DNA from: Macrostomum lignano
Lineage: Eukaryota
Direction of reading: 5' to 3'
Assembly: GCA_002269645.1 (NCBI GenBank)
Contig: NIVC01000254.1
Span: 310,001 to 374,000, forward strand
Length of the DNA: 64,000 nt
The notes under the pieces are model-generated. The model searched no databases, was not told the DNA's origin, and saw only the letters and a list, made by a program, of their open reading frames with translations. Made by a program: the position numbers and the translations under genes. Of the stretch, positions 10,951 to 22,229 are shown piece after piece (positions within the stretch are counted from its first letter, which is position 1; each line of letters begins with the position of its first letter).

Positions 10951-12259
10951 TCACGGCTGGCTATGTCTTTGGCTGCAACACCTGCTGGCCTAGGGAATCG
11001 ATTAGGCGATGAGATTCTTTTAAAAAATTTATTTCAGGAAGGCCAATTGTGGCAGGTACTTTGATAATAACTGTATTCACGTTGCCTTTCTTTACGCACA
11101 AATTTTGTTCCTGATAAAAAAAACTTGACATCTATAAGCATAAAATATTATTTTCTTAGCCATAGATACTCACGTGCCATTAGTACTAGTAAATGTGTTA
11201 CCTAGTGGAAATTTTGTTTAAATAGGTCCGCTATTTTTGCTGAAAAACATATAAATATAAGCGGAATAATTGACAGGAGAGCATACTCCTTGTCTAGCAC
11301 TCTCTATTAGTCTAGCAAAGGTTTTAATTGGGCATTGCCTGACTCACTGTTCTTTATTTAGGCGTTCAGCCCTTTCCCAAGGCCTGTTCAGCCGAAGCGT
11401 ACTGCCTCTCCCCTCTCCCCACGAAGGATCTGTCCAGTTACAAGCGTACAGCTTTCCCCCCCCCCTTCCAACTCCACAGACACGCTCAGTGATTACCTCA
11501 TCCCCTATCCCCAGTGAACAAGAGCTTCTCCTCTCTTTCTTTCCCAAACCCCCAGACCCCAGAATTTGACCTGGAGTCCAGCCAATTCCCTATCCAAACC
11601 TACTGTCGCCCAGTTATCCGGCCCAACTCTGACTCCCGACTGACTCGGTATTTCGTTACCCTACTTTGAAGTTTAACTATTAGAAATCTTAGCCCCCCCC
11701 TTTTAGCGATTCCATTAAGTGAACTCTTCCCCATGAAATCATTCCCTATTAGCTATTAAAAAATTCCCATCGTGCGATAATTCCCCAGGCAACTCTGATC
11801 CGCCGTGTAGCCCTCCCTCGGACAGTTTAACCTTTAGACAGTGTCTTGCCGCTCGGACACTCACGCCACCAGGAGCAACCATTGGCTTACTCCTATTAGT
11901 AATAAAACCTAGTATATCTTTCAGAAATCCCAAGAATCCCATAAATTCCCCCACAACAGATTTGGTGTCAACAATAGGATAATTTCCCTCCCCCAAGACC
12001 CCTGTAACACTACACTGCCGTGAGTAGAGTTCGTGCCTTGTCTGATCTGTTTGTTACCTGTTGCGATTTCGTTAGATTTCAGCGCCTATTTTCTACAGGT
12101 GGTATTCTGGCACAGGTAAATGAGCAGAAGCGTTCATTAGCTTTGTGCGAGAAATGAGCCAGCAGCAATTGGCGTTGATGATATTATAGTAATGTAGTTA
12201 TCAGTCACTCGGTATTGAGTGGGTGTTACGCGCAGCGAAAATCTAGCGTTGACGTTCTA

Positions 12260-13186
12260 CACAGCAGACATGGCAATATTGCGTTTATTTACATCACTAC
12301 TAGAAAGTAGTCGCCTACCATGCAAGGTTAGATTTTTCTGCGCATAATCTTATGCCTATTGTCAACGCTAGTGCATGGTGGGCCAGGATTTTAGAAATTT
12401 ATATAAGTCGTTGATAATGGAATTCCATTCCATTGCCTAGCCTCATTAATTATGAGTGTCAAGGCTCTTTTCAAGGTTGCTCTTGTTTAGCACAAATTCT
12501 CTTGCATTCTGCAGGCTGTGATAATTTCAGCATTATTCAGCAGACAGAATAGTGTGTTAAGCATTCGCGCCTTAGAAGGTGGGCAATCGTGAGGTGAAAA
12601 GCTTTCCTAGCTGTGATATAGTATACTGTTCGGATAGATAGGTTTATGCACAGTAGGCAATGAAGTACTGCGGTATATAGCTTAGGAAAGTTGAAATGTG
12701 TGCCAAATGATTAAATAATTGCCTCTGCTCATTAAGTATGGGCAGTATGGCGGTCTACTGTGCACTTTGTTTGCCCTTGTGTGACACACCACTATTGCGT
12801 TTTGCCTACTGATAATGTGACAGACACTATTCAAACGTTATCCAGTTAACAAGATGCGTGTCACTCATGCGCCTTAGAAGGTGGGCGTTCGAATTTCATA
12901 GTTTATATTAGAATTGCCGACGATAGTGCACAGTAGGCAATGCAGTACTGCGGTGATACGACTCTCGACTCTTTGCCTAGACTCATTAGGTATGAGTACT
13001 ATGGCGGCTTGCTATGCACGTGGTTGCCTTTAGGTGGGCAATCGATTTTATGGTTTAAATACCAGAACTTTAATGTCGGCTTTAGTTTGTGCATAGCAGG
13101 CACTGCAATATTGCGACGGCCTATGGCCTAGGTAGGAAACAAATTGCCGTGGCTCATTAGAATGAGTTCATTGGCGGTCTGCTGTG
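12260..13186. mobile_element. Non-autonomous EnSpm/CACTA-like element, 927 bp
   Basis: TIR CACAGCAGAC (12260) / GTCTGCTGTG (13186) with 2-bp TA flanks on both sides. Internal degenerate ~280-bp repeats (GCC...CTCATTA, GCACAGTAGGCAATG, CCTTAGAAGGTGGGC). Confidence 0.6.
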
Positions 13187-13967
13187 TAGGTGGTTGCACT
13201 TGGGCAGCAGCACAGTATACTGTTGTATTCAGCATGCAGAAAAGTGTGCTGCCCATTCTCCTTAAGCGTGCAATCGTTATTAATCTATTGGTGAATTGGC
13301 TGCGCGTAACATCGCCCGCAAAATGTGCAGTAAAGGTCCGTCAAAGTGTGAGCGGCATCGTTTGGCATTGCTTTGATATTGCTTAAACAAATAATAGTTT
13401 GCCTACCAAACAAAAAGGCTATTTTACTTTTGAAATATTTATGATTGATAAAATATCATCTTCTACCGATTAGCTATTCGATGCACGACGCTTTGAGTTT
13501 TAGACACAGTCTTTTATTTGAAAAAATATTTTAAACAGCTGCTTTATGAACAATTATGAATACAACTGTGTCTAATTATGGACTTATCACGCAAAGTTGC
13601 CCTGCCTTATCGAGGCATGCAACGTGATCATCTGTTTACTGCAAAGTCGTATCCAATGGCTTCACGAGCCTGCGGGTGTTACGCCGTTCTTTAGAAGTCA
13701 AGAGTCTATAATAATTCTTATGTTCTGCGGAACATGTTAAAACTCTTGTCTCTAAGTTTTGGCAACAGAATTGGAACGACGCAAGTGTAATTAATGACTT
13801 TGATTGAATTTTATTACCACTATTCGATATAATTTGACAATTTAGGTATTGTAAACTACAAGCAACTTAAATAATTTTCCGATTCACTAATTTAATTAAC
13901 TAAGTAGACCACATAAACGAATAAAACTTATAATATATTATTCCTTCAAAACTTGTTATACTAGATT

Positions 13968-14023
13968 ATACAAGACCTAGTTTTACTAGGTCTCAATACA
14001 AGACCTAGTTTTACTAGGTCTCA
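13968..14023. repeat. Tandem duplication of a 28-bp hairpin unit ATACAAGACCTAGTTTTACTAGGTCTCA
   Basis: Two exact copies. Each has a 9-bp stem AGACCTAGT/ACTAGGTCT with a TTT loop. Confidence 0.9.
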
Positions 14024-14434
14024 GTCTTTACAGCTTTTTGTGTGTGAAATGTTTTTTATACCTTTTTAGACGCTTACAATGAATAAAATGCTTAGTATGA
14101 TACAATGTTCCTCAAAATCAAATTCAGTCAGTCAGTTTTTTCTCTATAATTCTTACAATGCATTTCTCGTGGAAAGGGCTACTTGACCTTTGCAGAAAAG
14201 TTTTTCTTTTTACCTTATTATCTTTTTAGCATTGACCAATTTCTTAGCCACGATACATGTACCCTCACGGAAAAATTTCTGATCTAATAGTGCAAGTTGG
14301 AAGAAAAGCGGTTCACACAATGTCAAGTTAAGCCAAAATTCGTATAGATAGATACATAGGTTGGTAGATAGTTCTATTTTTAGTATAACTTAATGATGAT
14401 GATTAGTCATTTGGTTTGTATTTTCTGCTTTCAG

Positions 14435-15462
14435 ATGTCGAATTTTTTTTTATTTCGGCCGCGATGGCGGCCCTGCCGGTGGCGGCGGTGGCGGCCATGG
14501 CGGCCATGGCGGCGGTGGCGGCCTCGGCGGTGGCGTCGGTGGCGGCCGCGGCGGTGGCGGCCATCCGGGTGGCGGCGGTGGCGGCCTCGGCGGTGGCGTC
14601 GGTGACGGCCGCGGCGGTGGCGGCCATCCAGGTGGCGGCGGTGGCGGTAATGGCGGCGGTGGCGGCCAAGGCGTCGGTGGCGGCCGCGGCGGTGGCGGCC
14701 ATCCGGGTGGCGGCGGTGGCGGTAATGGCGGCGGTGGCGGCCAAGGCGGTGGCGGCCATCCGGGTGGCGGCGGTGGCGGTAATGGCGGCGAAGGTGGCGG
14801 CCGTGGCGGCAGTGGCGGCGGTGGCGGCAGGCGAAGTTATCGTGAGTAAAGCATACACAAAATTTTCAATTTTAGCAGTCTAAAACATAAATTTGTTGTT
14901 AAAATTATTACATGTTTCTACATTATCTTAGTTAACGTAAGCAACCTTTTTTCCAAATTTAAAATTTGTAGGATGCTATCGATGTAAAGTTCTCGGGCAC
15001 GTTGCCCGAGAATGCAAATTGATGCGGCGCAACGTAAGTTCATGTGCAAATGTATTTGATTACTCTCATTAATTACTAAACCCTTTAAAGACGTTGTAGC
15101 TGCAAAAGCTTGCGTTTTAATTTTAAGCACACAACATTTGTGACTAACTGAAAATGATAATTAAATTAATATTAAATTTAATTTAGGCCCCTGCTACAGC
15201 TGCTCCTGCTGCAGCTGATACTGCAGGTGCAACGGCTGCACGTTCGGCCACTGCCCGTGCGGCAGCAGCACGTGCAGCAATTGCCCGTGCGGCAGCAGCA
15301 CGTGCGGCAGCTGCACGTGCGGCAGCTGCACGTGCGGCAAGTATTCCAGCTGCCGTCTCGACGTCTGCTCCTGCTGCTTCTGCTGAATCTGGGACTGGGG
15401 CTGGGTCTGGGGCTGAGGCTGGGTCTGGGGCTGGGGCTGGGGGTAGGTGCGTTGTGCAATAG
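14435..15462 (+). CDS. Three-exon Gly-rich / CCHC zinc-knuckle / Ala-rich protein (frame not shown in the ORF track)
   Basis: Exon 14435-14841 in the Gly frame (GRDGGPAGGGGGGHGG...GGRRSY, GTGAGT donor, phase 1). Exon 14972-15033 gives R-CYRCKVLGHVARECKLMRRN (GTAAGT donor, phase 0). Exon 15187-15462 gives APATAAPAAAD...ARAAAARAAA...GAGGRCVVQ*. The ATG at 14435 is one base out of frame across a T9 run, or a phase-2 upstream exon is needed. Confidence 0.65.
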
Positions 15463-16101
15463 GCAGTGTTAGGCACTATATTGAAAATATTGAATTCCGC
15501 TATGACGCCAATTATTAATAATGCAAATAAGTTAATTGTTTATAAACACTTAACGGCAGGTCAGTAGTGTTTATGAAAAGTATTTTCAGGTCTGGCACAG
15601 GTATTCTGGCACAGGTAAATGTTGATCAGCTCTATGCAGTACATAAAGCCTGGTTCACATTTCCGCAAATAGCTCCGTGCTTCAAACTAATAGCAGTTCG
15701 CCGCCGCTACCAGCTGATTGCGAACGCTACTATCCGTGCGCAGCTCTACTATTCGAAAGTCCGCCGCTCCTGGCGGACTCTAATAGTGATTTTATTTGGT
15801 TCTATTCATTAGAACTAGAAAGGACAATATAACTTTCAATTTTATGCATGGCAAACGAAACCGAAATGCACCCATTCACATAAACACTCACAACTCCTTG
15901 CTTTGAGTTGTCCGCTTCTGCAGCATAGAAGGCAGGGGTAGGTTTACAGTAAATTTAAACGATTGTTCACTGCTCACTGTACAATGAGTACAGACAATTT
16001 CTTGCGCAACCAGACAGGAGCACAGCTGGAGGCCATATAAAACGAATAGAACCATGCTCTATATTCTTCACCCCAAACTCCACACAACTTGATACCTGGA
16101 A

Positions 16102-16866
16102 ATGTCCGACTTGTCACACGAGACTCCGGAGTTGGATGCAACTCTGATAGCTGAAGTTGCCAAACATGAAGTTGTCTACAACATCTCAAGCCAAAAATTC
16201 AAGGATCAGCAGGCGAAAACCAGCGCATGGAATCAGATCGCTGAGACTTTGGGCAAGGATGCAACTTGGTGCCTCAAGCGGTTTCAAGGTCTCAAGCGTG
16301 ACTACTTTGTTTTCCGGCGTGGAAGCAAGCTTTCGAGTGGGAGTGCGGTCAAGCCTACTCCCAGGCGGTTGGGAATATACAGTCGCATGAACTTCCTGGA
16401 CAAGTGTGACTGCATTGGCGATACTACCTCAAATGTGCCTCCGCCCACACCAGAACTTGTAGCTGTGGGATCTGCTGGACCCTCTCAGCAGGCAACCTCG
16501 GTCAATGAAAAGGCGCAACAGTCCAGTCGAGCAGAGGCACAGGCTGCAACAACTGACCCCAGTGAGGCTTCAATGCGAGAGTTTGCGGAAAGTGCGCCAA
16601 AGAAGGCCAGAAAGGCAACTGCAACAGAAGCATCAAAGCTGGATACTGCCCTCAGCCAGTTGACTCAGCAACTGACAAAAGATGAGGACGAATATGCCTC
16701 CTTTGGCCAAGCAATTGGACAGGCCATCCGTCGGCTTCCAACGCAAATTGAGCGCGACTATGCCATGGCGCACCTGCGGAGCGAGTTGTTCACAATCCAA
16801 CTCCACGGCCTGCCCCGAAGCGTTGCCATCCGAACTGAGCCTGCCGCTGATGCCGCTGCTGGATAA
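16102..16866 (+). CDS. MADF/Myb-SANT-like DNA-binding protein (Harbinger accessory ORF)
   Basis: LIAEVAKHEVVYNISSQKFKDQQAKTSAWNQIAETLG...CLKRFQGLKRDY is a MADF pattern. The C-terminal DEYASFGQAIGQAIRRLP segment is BESS-like. Confidence 0.85.
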   Translation: MSDLSHETPELDATLIAEVAKHEVVYNISSQKFKDQQAKTSAWNQIAETLGKDATWCLKRFQGLKRDYFVFRRGSKLSSGSAVKPTPRRLGIYSRMNFLDKCDCIGDTTSNVPPPTPELVAVGSAGPSQQATSVNEKAQQSSRAEAQAATTDPSEASMREFAESAPKKARKATATEASKLDTALSQLTQQLTKDEDEYASFGQAIGQAIRRLPTQIERDYAMAHLRSELFTIQLHGLPRSVAIRTEPAADAAAG

Positions 16867-17257
16867 GTTTCCTTCGACGACATGCTCGGCTCCATCATAT
16901 CCACGGTCACACCTCCCAATGACTCCTAGAAGTGCGTGAGATAAAAGCGATAGAGTGCAATATTTTGCAAACTAGAAGCATTTTTTTTCCTTTTTTTCAT
17001 GACCAGACTGCATTGTGCGTGTCAGAGAGCAAGTGCAGAGATCGAGAGAGACAGAAAATATAATGAAATCATAAATGAATATGTTGAAAATATTGTCTTC
17101 ACAGTCTTGCCAATTTATTTACGAGTTTGGATTACTTTCTGCTGCAGCATTGTACTTTCTCGCCGCCTTGTTTGAAATTTCCACAAAATTAGCTCATAAA
17201 TTTACGTTCTGTATGCGAAATAAACATGCGGAATAAATTAATGATTCATCAACAGTG

Positions 17258-18541
17258 TTATCGATTATCATCAGTAGGTACATGTATCATTGCGCTCTGC
17301 CATGGAATGGCACCATTGGGGCTGACGAAGAAGTCCCTCAGCAGCATCTGTTGCTCCCGAGCGGATGCGCTGCTTCGATTTCCACCCAGATTCCGGGCTG
17401 GCATTACCCCGACGCTGCCTGTCACGGTGGATCTCCATGAACCCTCCTGTACCTGGCCGGTGGGCAGTTCCTGGTCAACACTTCCAGGTGGCATGTAGGA
17501 CCGAGCTGCTGTGATGTTGGCCTCGTCCTCTATTCGCATGAAGTTATGCAGTACGAATGCGCACCGAATAAAGGCCTCAACGTGATCGATTCTCGCTATG
17601 ACAGGCCGCAGGAAGAGTCGCCAGAGAGTCACCAGGATTCCAAACGCATTCTCAATTGTGCGTCTTGCTCGAGACAGCCGGTAGTTGAACACTTGCGTCT
17701 TGTAGTCCAATGGTACCATTCCGACGCGCCCAGGGAATGGGCGCATGAGATAATTCTTCAGCGGGAAAGCCTCATCACCGACAATTGCAAATGGCATGAC
17801 GAGGCTGCTGCCAGAAATTCAGAAAGGCTCCGGGACTTTCACCGATCCAGACTCCAATCCAGCGTACAAGGCTGAACGTGAGAAGACTCCAGCGTCTCCT
17901 TCTCTCCCTGCGCTGCCACTCTCTATGTACGTGAAGATGTAGTTACTGTCGCACATGGCGAGTACCAGTGAGCCTTGAAATGCTTGCCATCAATTGCACC
18001 GAGGCAGTTCGGAAAATGCCACTTTTCCCAGAATTCACCAGCGATTGCTTTCCATTCTTCTGCAGATGCAGGAAACTTTAGATATGTTGACGCCAGCTTG
18101 TCGTAGATGGCAATCGCAGTCTCGAACGACCCCTGACACAGTAGAGCGTCCTCGGCCAAATCGAAACGACAAGTCGGCTTGGCTGCAACCCGAAGCCAGG
18201 TAGCAAAGCGTCATCATTAGCTTCTCCTCTGCCGGAACGGCCTCTCTTCTTGCACATGGCCTGGAGAGTTTGGTTGCAACCAGTGAAAGCAGATGCTCAA
18301 ACCGAGCCGGGCGCATGCGCATATACTTGAAGTACATCTCCGAGTCTCTATCTCTCAGATGTGGGATCAATCCGGCAAACTCGCCAAGCTCTTCTCTTCG
18401 TTGATGACTCGGTCTCCGCCACCATCGCCTAGGGCGGCGGCCTTGCCTGATCAGCCTACGATGTTGCAGTATCGTTACGATTGCCAGTAGCAGTAGCTTC
18501 TTGGCTCGTAAAAGCATGTTTGAAATCTGAATGCTGGTCAC
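17258..18541 (-). pseudogene. Harbinger DDE transposase (HARBI1-like), disrupted
   Basis: Motifs RRWWRRP, FKYMRMRPARFEHLL, YLASG, FPNCLGAIDGKH, GDEAFPL, FNYRLSRARRTIENAFGIL and VLHNF. There is a frameshift near 18120, a deletion/frameshift after DGKH (~17985) and an in-frame TGA at 17819-17821. Confidence 0.92.
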
Positions 18542-19152
18542 GGCTTTCTGGTCAAGATTTCTTAGATTAAAAACGCCCTGTCCGAAGCACAGATAGGGCT
18601 AGCACTAGACTGAATTACTTTATATACTCGTAACAGTGGCCAAGGGTCAAATATTGCCTATTATCTTCGCGGGTTAAATTGAACTGCATGGCGATGCATC
18701 TATTTGAGGCCGATAGTAACACCCACTAGTAGTGGTCGCGCTGAGCTAGCAGATTTCTGAAAATCAGCTATTAGCTGTGAGCGTCAGCTATTTGCGGAAA
18801 TGTGAACCAGGCTTAATGAGAGATTTCTTCTTTCTCCATCTCCAAGAGATTGTAATGTTTCAGATCTCAATGGCATTTGCTATAGGATTGTTAATGTACT
18901 GTGTGACAAAATCAATCAAAATCACCTCATAGTTTGCCAAAGATACAAGTGCAAAAAGTCCTATTTTGACTATCCTATGGATTCATGCAAAATATCAATT
19001 TTTATTGTATCTGATTTGGATTACAATATCACATGCTTACCTTTGAAGAACATTTCAAAGAAGTTTTGTGGTATTCCCATAGATTCCGGGGTGCTTTTTT
19101 GTCCCTATGCTTCTTTAGACAAAATAGTTCTGCTTTGCGCTGCAATTTTCAG

Positions 19153-20574
19153 TCTCTTTTTTACATTGTTCTTTTCCCTGAAGGGGATGTGGAGTATGTG
19201 AGTGAAAAGTGGCTTATTGGAAGGATACAGTGCAGATGGCCGAAATGTGGATCTGCAGAAATCAAGCGCCTGCGAAGTCGTCACGCTCCACCATCCAATG
19301 ATTGGGAATCACATTCCTGTAAACTGCTGTCCTGCACACCTGACGAGGCCACTGCGAGGTTAAGGTTGGTGCGAGCTGTTGAGGGTAATGATGACCTTAC
19401 TTCTGATGCAGATGCTCTGCAATCCCGCGAGTCATTTCCACTTAAAAGATTTTGCCACAAGAGCTTTCCTTTAAAAATAAATAATCGTGTCGATAATCAT
19501 GCTTCTAAAACAGCAAGCTCCAGTGAGGAGTCGGATGATTCGGATGGAGATCTGTCGAGCTTCTTTGTACAGCCGTTTCCAGAAGCCTCCGGTATTCTTC
19601 TTTTCTAAGCATAATGCATTGTGGTTTGTTTTAAACATTTTATTCCAACATTTTATTTTGCTATAGTGCCAACAGTTGCCAGTACAGCCGATGGGGCGAT
19701 TCCTGGTCGAAGTGCGTCTTTTGTGGCGCTGACACCGACAGTTGCCAGTACAGCCGACGGAGCGACTCCTGGTCGAAATGCATATTTTGCGGCGCCGACA
19801 GTTGCCAGTGCAGTCGACGCAGCGACTCCTGGTCGATGCTTTTCGCAACATCAATCGACAGGTATAAGAAAAAAATTTCAAAACAAGAATTTTCGTTGAA
19901 TCTCTTGGGCGCTTTTGAGTCCTCTATTTTTCTAGCCTTATTTCTTATCATTTCTGTATACTGTGCATTTTTGTAATATTATTGCAGCGTTGGAGCGTGT
20001 TGGGCTGAGAGAGCTCGCAATTATGAAAAAACAACTCGACGATATGGGACGACAAGTTTCTTTCCTTGCTACACGTCGAGGGGGCAGATCGACCTACCTG
20101 TGTCGCTGCCATGTAGTTCAATAGATGACTTTAATCTATTGTGCGACTTTGTTGCTACCGATGATGGCAATTTGGAAAATTTGGTAAGAATAATTTCGGT
20201 CTTCAATGCGTAGATCGTACGCAGACATACATATTGTCTAATAAATTATAATTGTTTTATTGCAGAAAAGGCAGATGGCCTGTGTTGGCGGCAAGGATGT
20301 GAAGGATGTGGTGCGTCGGATTATACGCAAACTGCTCACTCCTGCAACAGCATCATTATTTAGCTTCTGTGGACAGCGGGGCAAAAGGGCATTTCGCACG
20401 ACACGTCTCTGGCCGGTTCTACTTGCTGCAGCCAAACTGTCATTGAAGACAAACGACAACGATGTCGAAAATGCTGCAAAGGAACAATTAAAGCATGCCA
20501 CTGACCCTGTGCACAATCGAAAAAGTACACTGCATCCTTATTTAGGATTAGAAATTCACAATGATTTAGTGTGA
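19153..20574 (+). CDS. Spliced DUF4806-like, transposon-associated protein gene no. 1 (one frameshift)
   Basis: Exons 19153-19591, 19667-19861, 19988-20183 and 20266-20574 have matching phases. N-terminus YIVLFPEGDVEYVSEKW..CRWP; C-terminus VRRIIRKLLTPATASLFSFCGQRGKRAF. A frameshift lies at the G5 run 20080-20084, and the start exon was not found. Confidence 0.6.
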
Positions 20575-21746
20575 AAGTACATAATTAGGACATTTAAACG
20601 CGTAAAAACTGTTTATGTAGAAAATTATTATGGCATCGGTTTCATATGGAACTAGTCACAACTTAAAGGTGTAATTAGGAATCAGAAATCCACTTAATGT
20701 TTGTCCGAAAATATTTGTTTTCTTCTTTCTGTTTACCTTTCTATTTCATTGAAAAAACTTAGTAGATCACCTAAAATCCTAAAAAAGCAACAGAGAGAAT
20801 GACAGCTACTGTCAGCTACCTGCCAGCAATGAAAAACCACTTCCACAATCTACCTGTTTGAGGAATTCTAACCAGCCCTAAACTTTGAAAAATTTAGATT
20901 ACATTTATAAAAAAACTCCTGTTTTCTGTCCCGTTGACCCCGTTAACGTTGTTCATCATTATAGTTTCACCCAAACTTTAGAGACTAGACTTCGCGGTCA
21001 TAGGCCACATGGTCACGTCTTAGAAAAGTTAGGTCGGTTTTTGCATGTTTATTTTGACATTTGATTATTTTTAAAGTATTTTTATCGCCGACTGAAGCAT
21101 ACGAGTATCGAGCATAAAACATGTGCTTAAAAGTGCAACATTTTTTAGCCCTTTCTTATTGTGTAAATAAGAAAATGCGCTGACACATCGAAACTGTTGA
21201 AGTAGCAATAATGTTTGTTTTTTTCTTTTATTCAACTTTCCTATGTTTACAAATCACATTTACGATTATATTTTTATTACGATATAATTACGAATTGTAT
21301 TTTTAATATTTAAAAAATACTTTTAAATGGTGCTCTCTATAGCTACTCGGTGCCTACTTTTATGATCCGTTTTTTGTATCATTTCATTCACTTGCTCCAT
21401 AATTCAGCAATTGTCAATGAATTTTAGGATAAAAAATAAATCCTAAGAACTCAGAGAATGACAAGAACTAAACTGAATTAAATAAATAAACAAAAATTAA
21501 AATTAAATGTAACTCTACATAGCGCCATATTTTGCTATGGACTTGGACTCGGAACTTGGAAGCATTGTCACTGTAGCTATGTACAATATAATTTTTAATA
21601 AAATTGCGAGGTCGCATACTGGTCGCACAGAAGGTATATGGCGACGCAAGCTCGTCGCCAAAAATTGGTATGTCAACGTCGCCTAGCGCGACAAACTTTA
21701 TCAGTTGGCGACGTATTTTGGCGACGTGTAGTCGACGTGGGTACCC

Positions 21747-21990
21747 TGGACGACATCAACGACTGGTGCGACACATGGAACATGGAGCTAAGGGTGCCCA
21801 AATAAAGTTACACCACGTTCAGCTTCGCACCGTCAGAGACCAGAGCCAAGATGCCACTGCAGCTGAACATCCACAGCCAGACGCTCAGATAGGACCCCAA
21901 GCCCACATTCCTAGGCATCAAGCTAGACGGTCAACCTACTTTTAGCGGCCACGCTAAGGACTTATGCCGACGCATGACTTCCAGAACGAC
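21747..21990 (+). pseudogene. Non-LTR retrotransposon RT C-terminal fragment
   Basis: LDDINDWCDTWNMELRVPK*...*DPKPTFLGIKLDGQPTFSGH matches the LINE RT pattern (W...W.M.LN..K; P.YLGV.LD..LTF..H). Two stops. Confidence 0.7.
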
Positions 21991-22229
21991 GATCGCTGTA
22001 GGCCTTACAGGCGTTCTGCCTTCCCCTATCCCCAAGAGTGTTTGCCTACCCCAAGGGCGTCTTGTCCACTAGACGTACTGGCGACCCTAAGGGCGTTATT
22101 CCACTGAAGGCGTTCTGCCAGCCCCAAAAGATGTTTTCCCTGTAGGTTATAGGGTTCCCATAGAAATCCGTACGCTAACCAGGCAACTTTAGTCCGCTGT
22201 GAAAGCCCCTATAGACTGGAGAGATATTA

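Larger units (their letters stand above)
15647..18813. mobile_element. PIF/Harbinger DNA transposon, 3167 bp
   Basis: Perfect 28-bp TIRs AGCCTGGTTCACATTTCCGCAAATAGCT (15647-15674, 18786-18813) and a TAA TSD (15644-46, 18814-16). Convergent MADF and transposase genes. Confidence 0.95.

Noticed and set aside
12003-12230. TGTAACAC...GTGTTACG as a small solo LTR
   Set aside because: The end is not CA, there is no TSD, and no PBS or PPT is nearby.
14403-14883. Poly-Ala ORFs on both strands in the ORF track
   Set aside because: These are shadow frames of the Gly-rich exon. Only the Gly frame splices in phase to the zinc-knuckle exon.
12101-15622. Shared 22-bp GGTATTCTGGCACAGGTAAATG at ~12101 and ~15600
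   Set aside because: Homology does not extend further, so no element could be defined.
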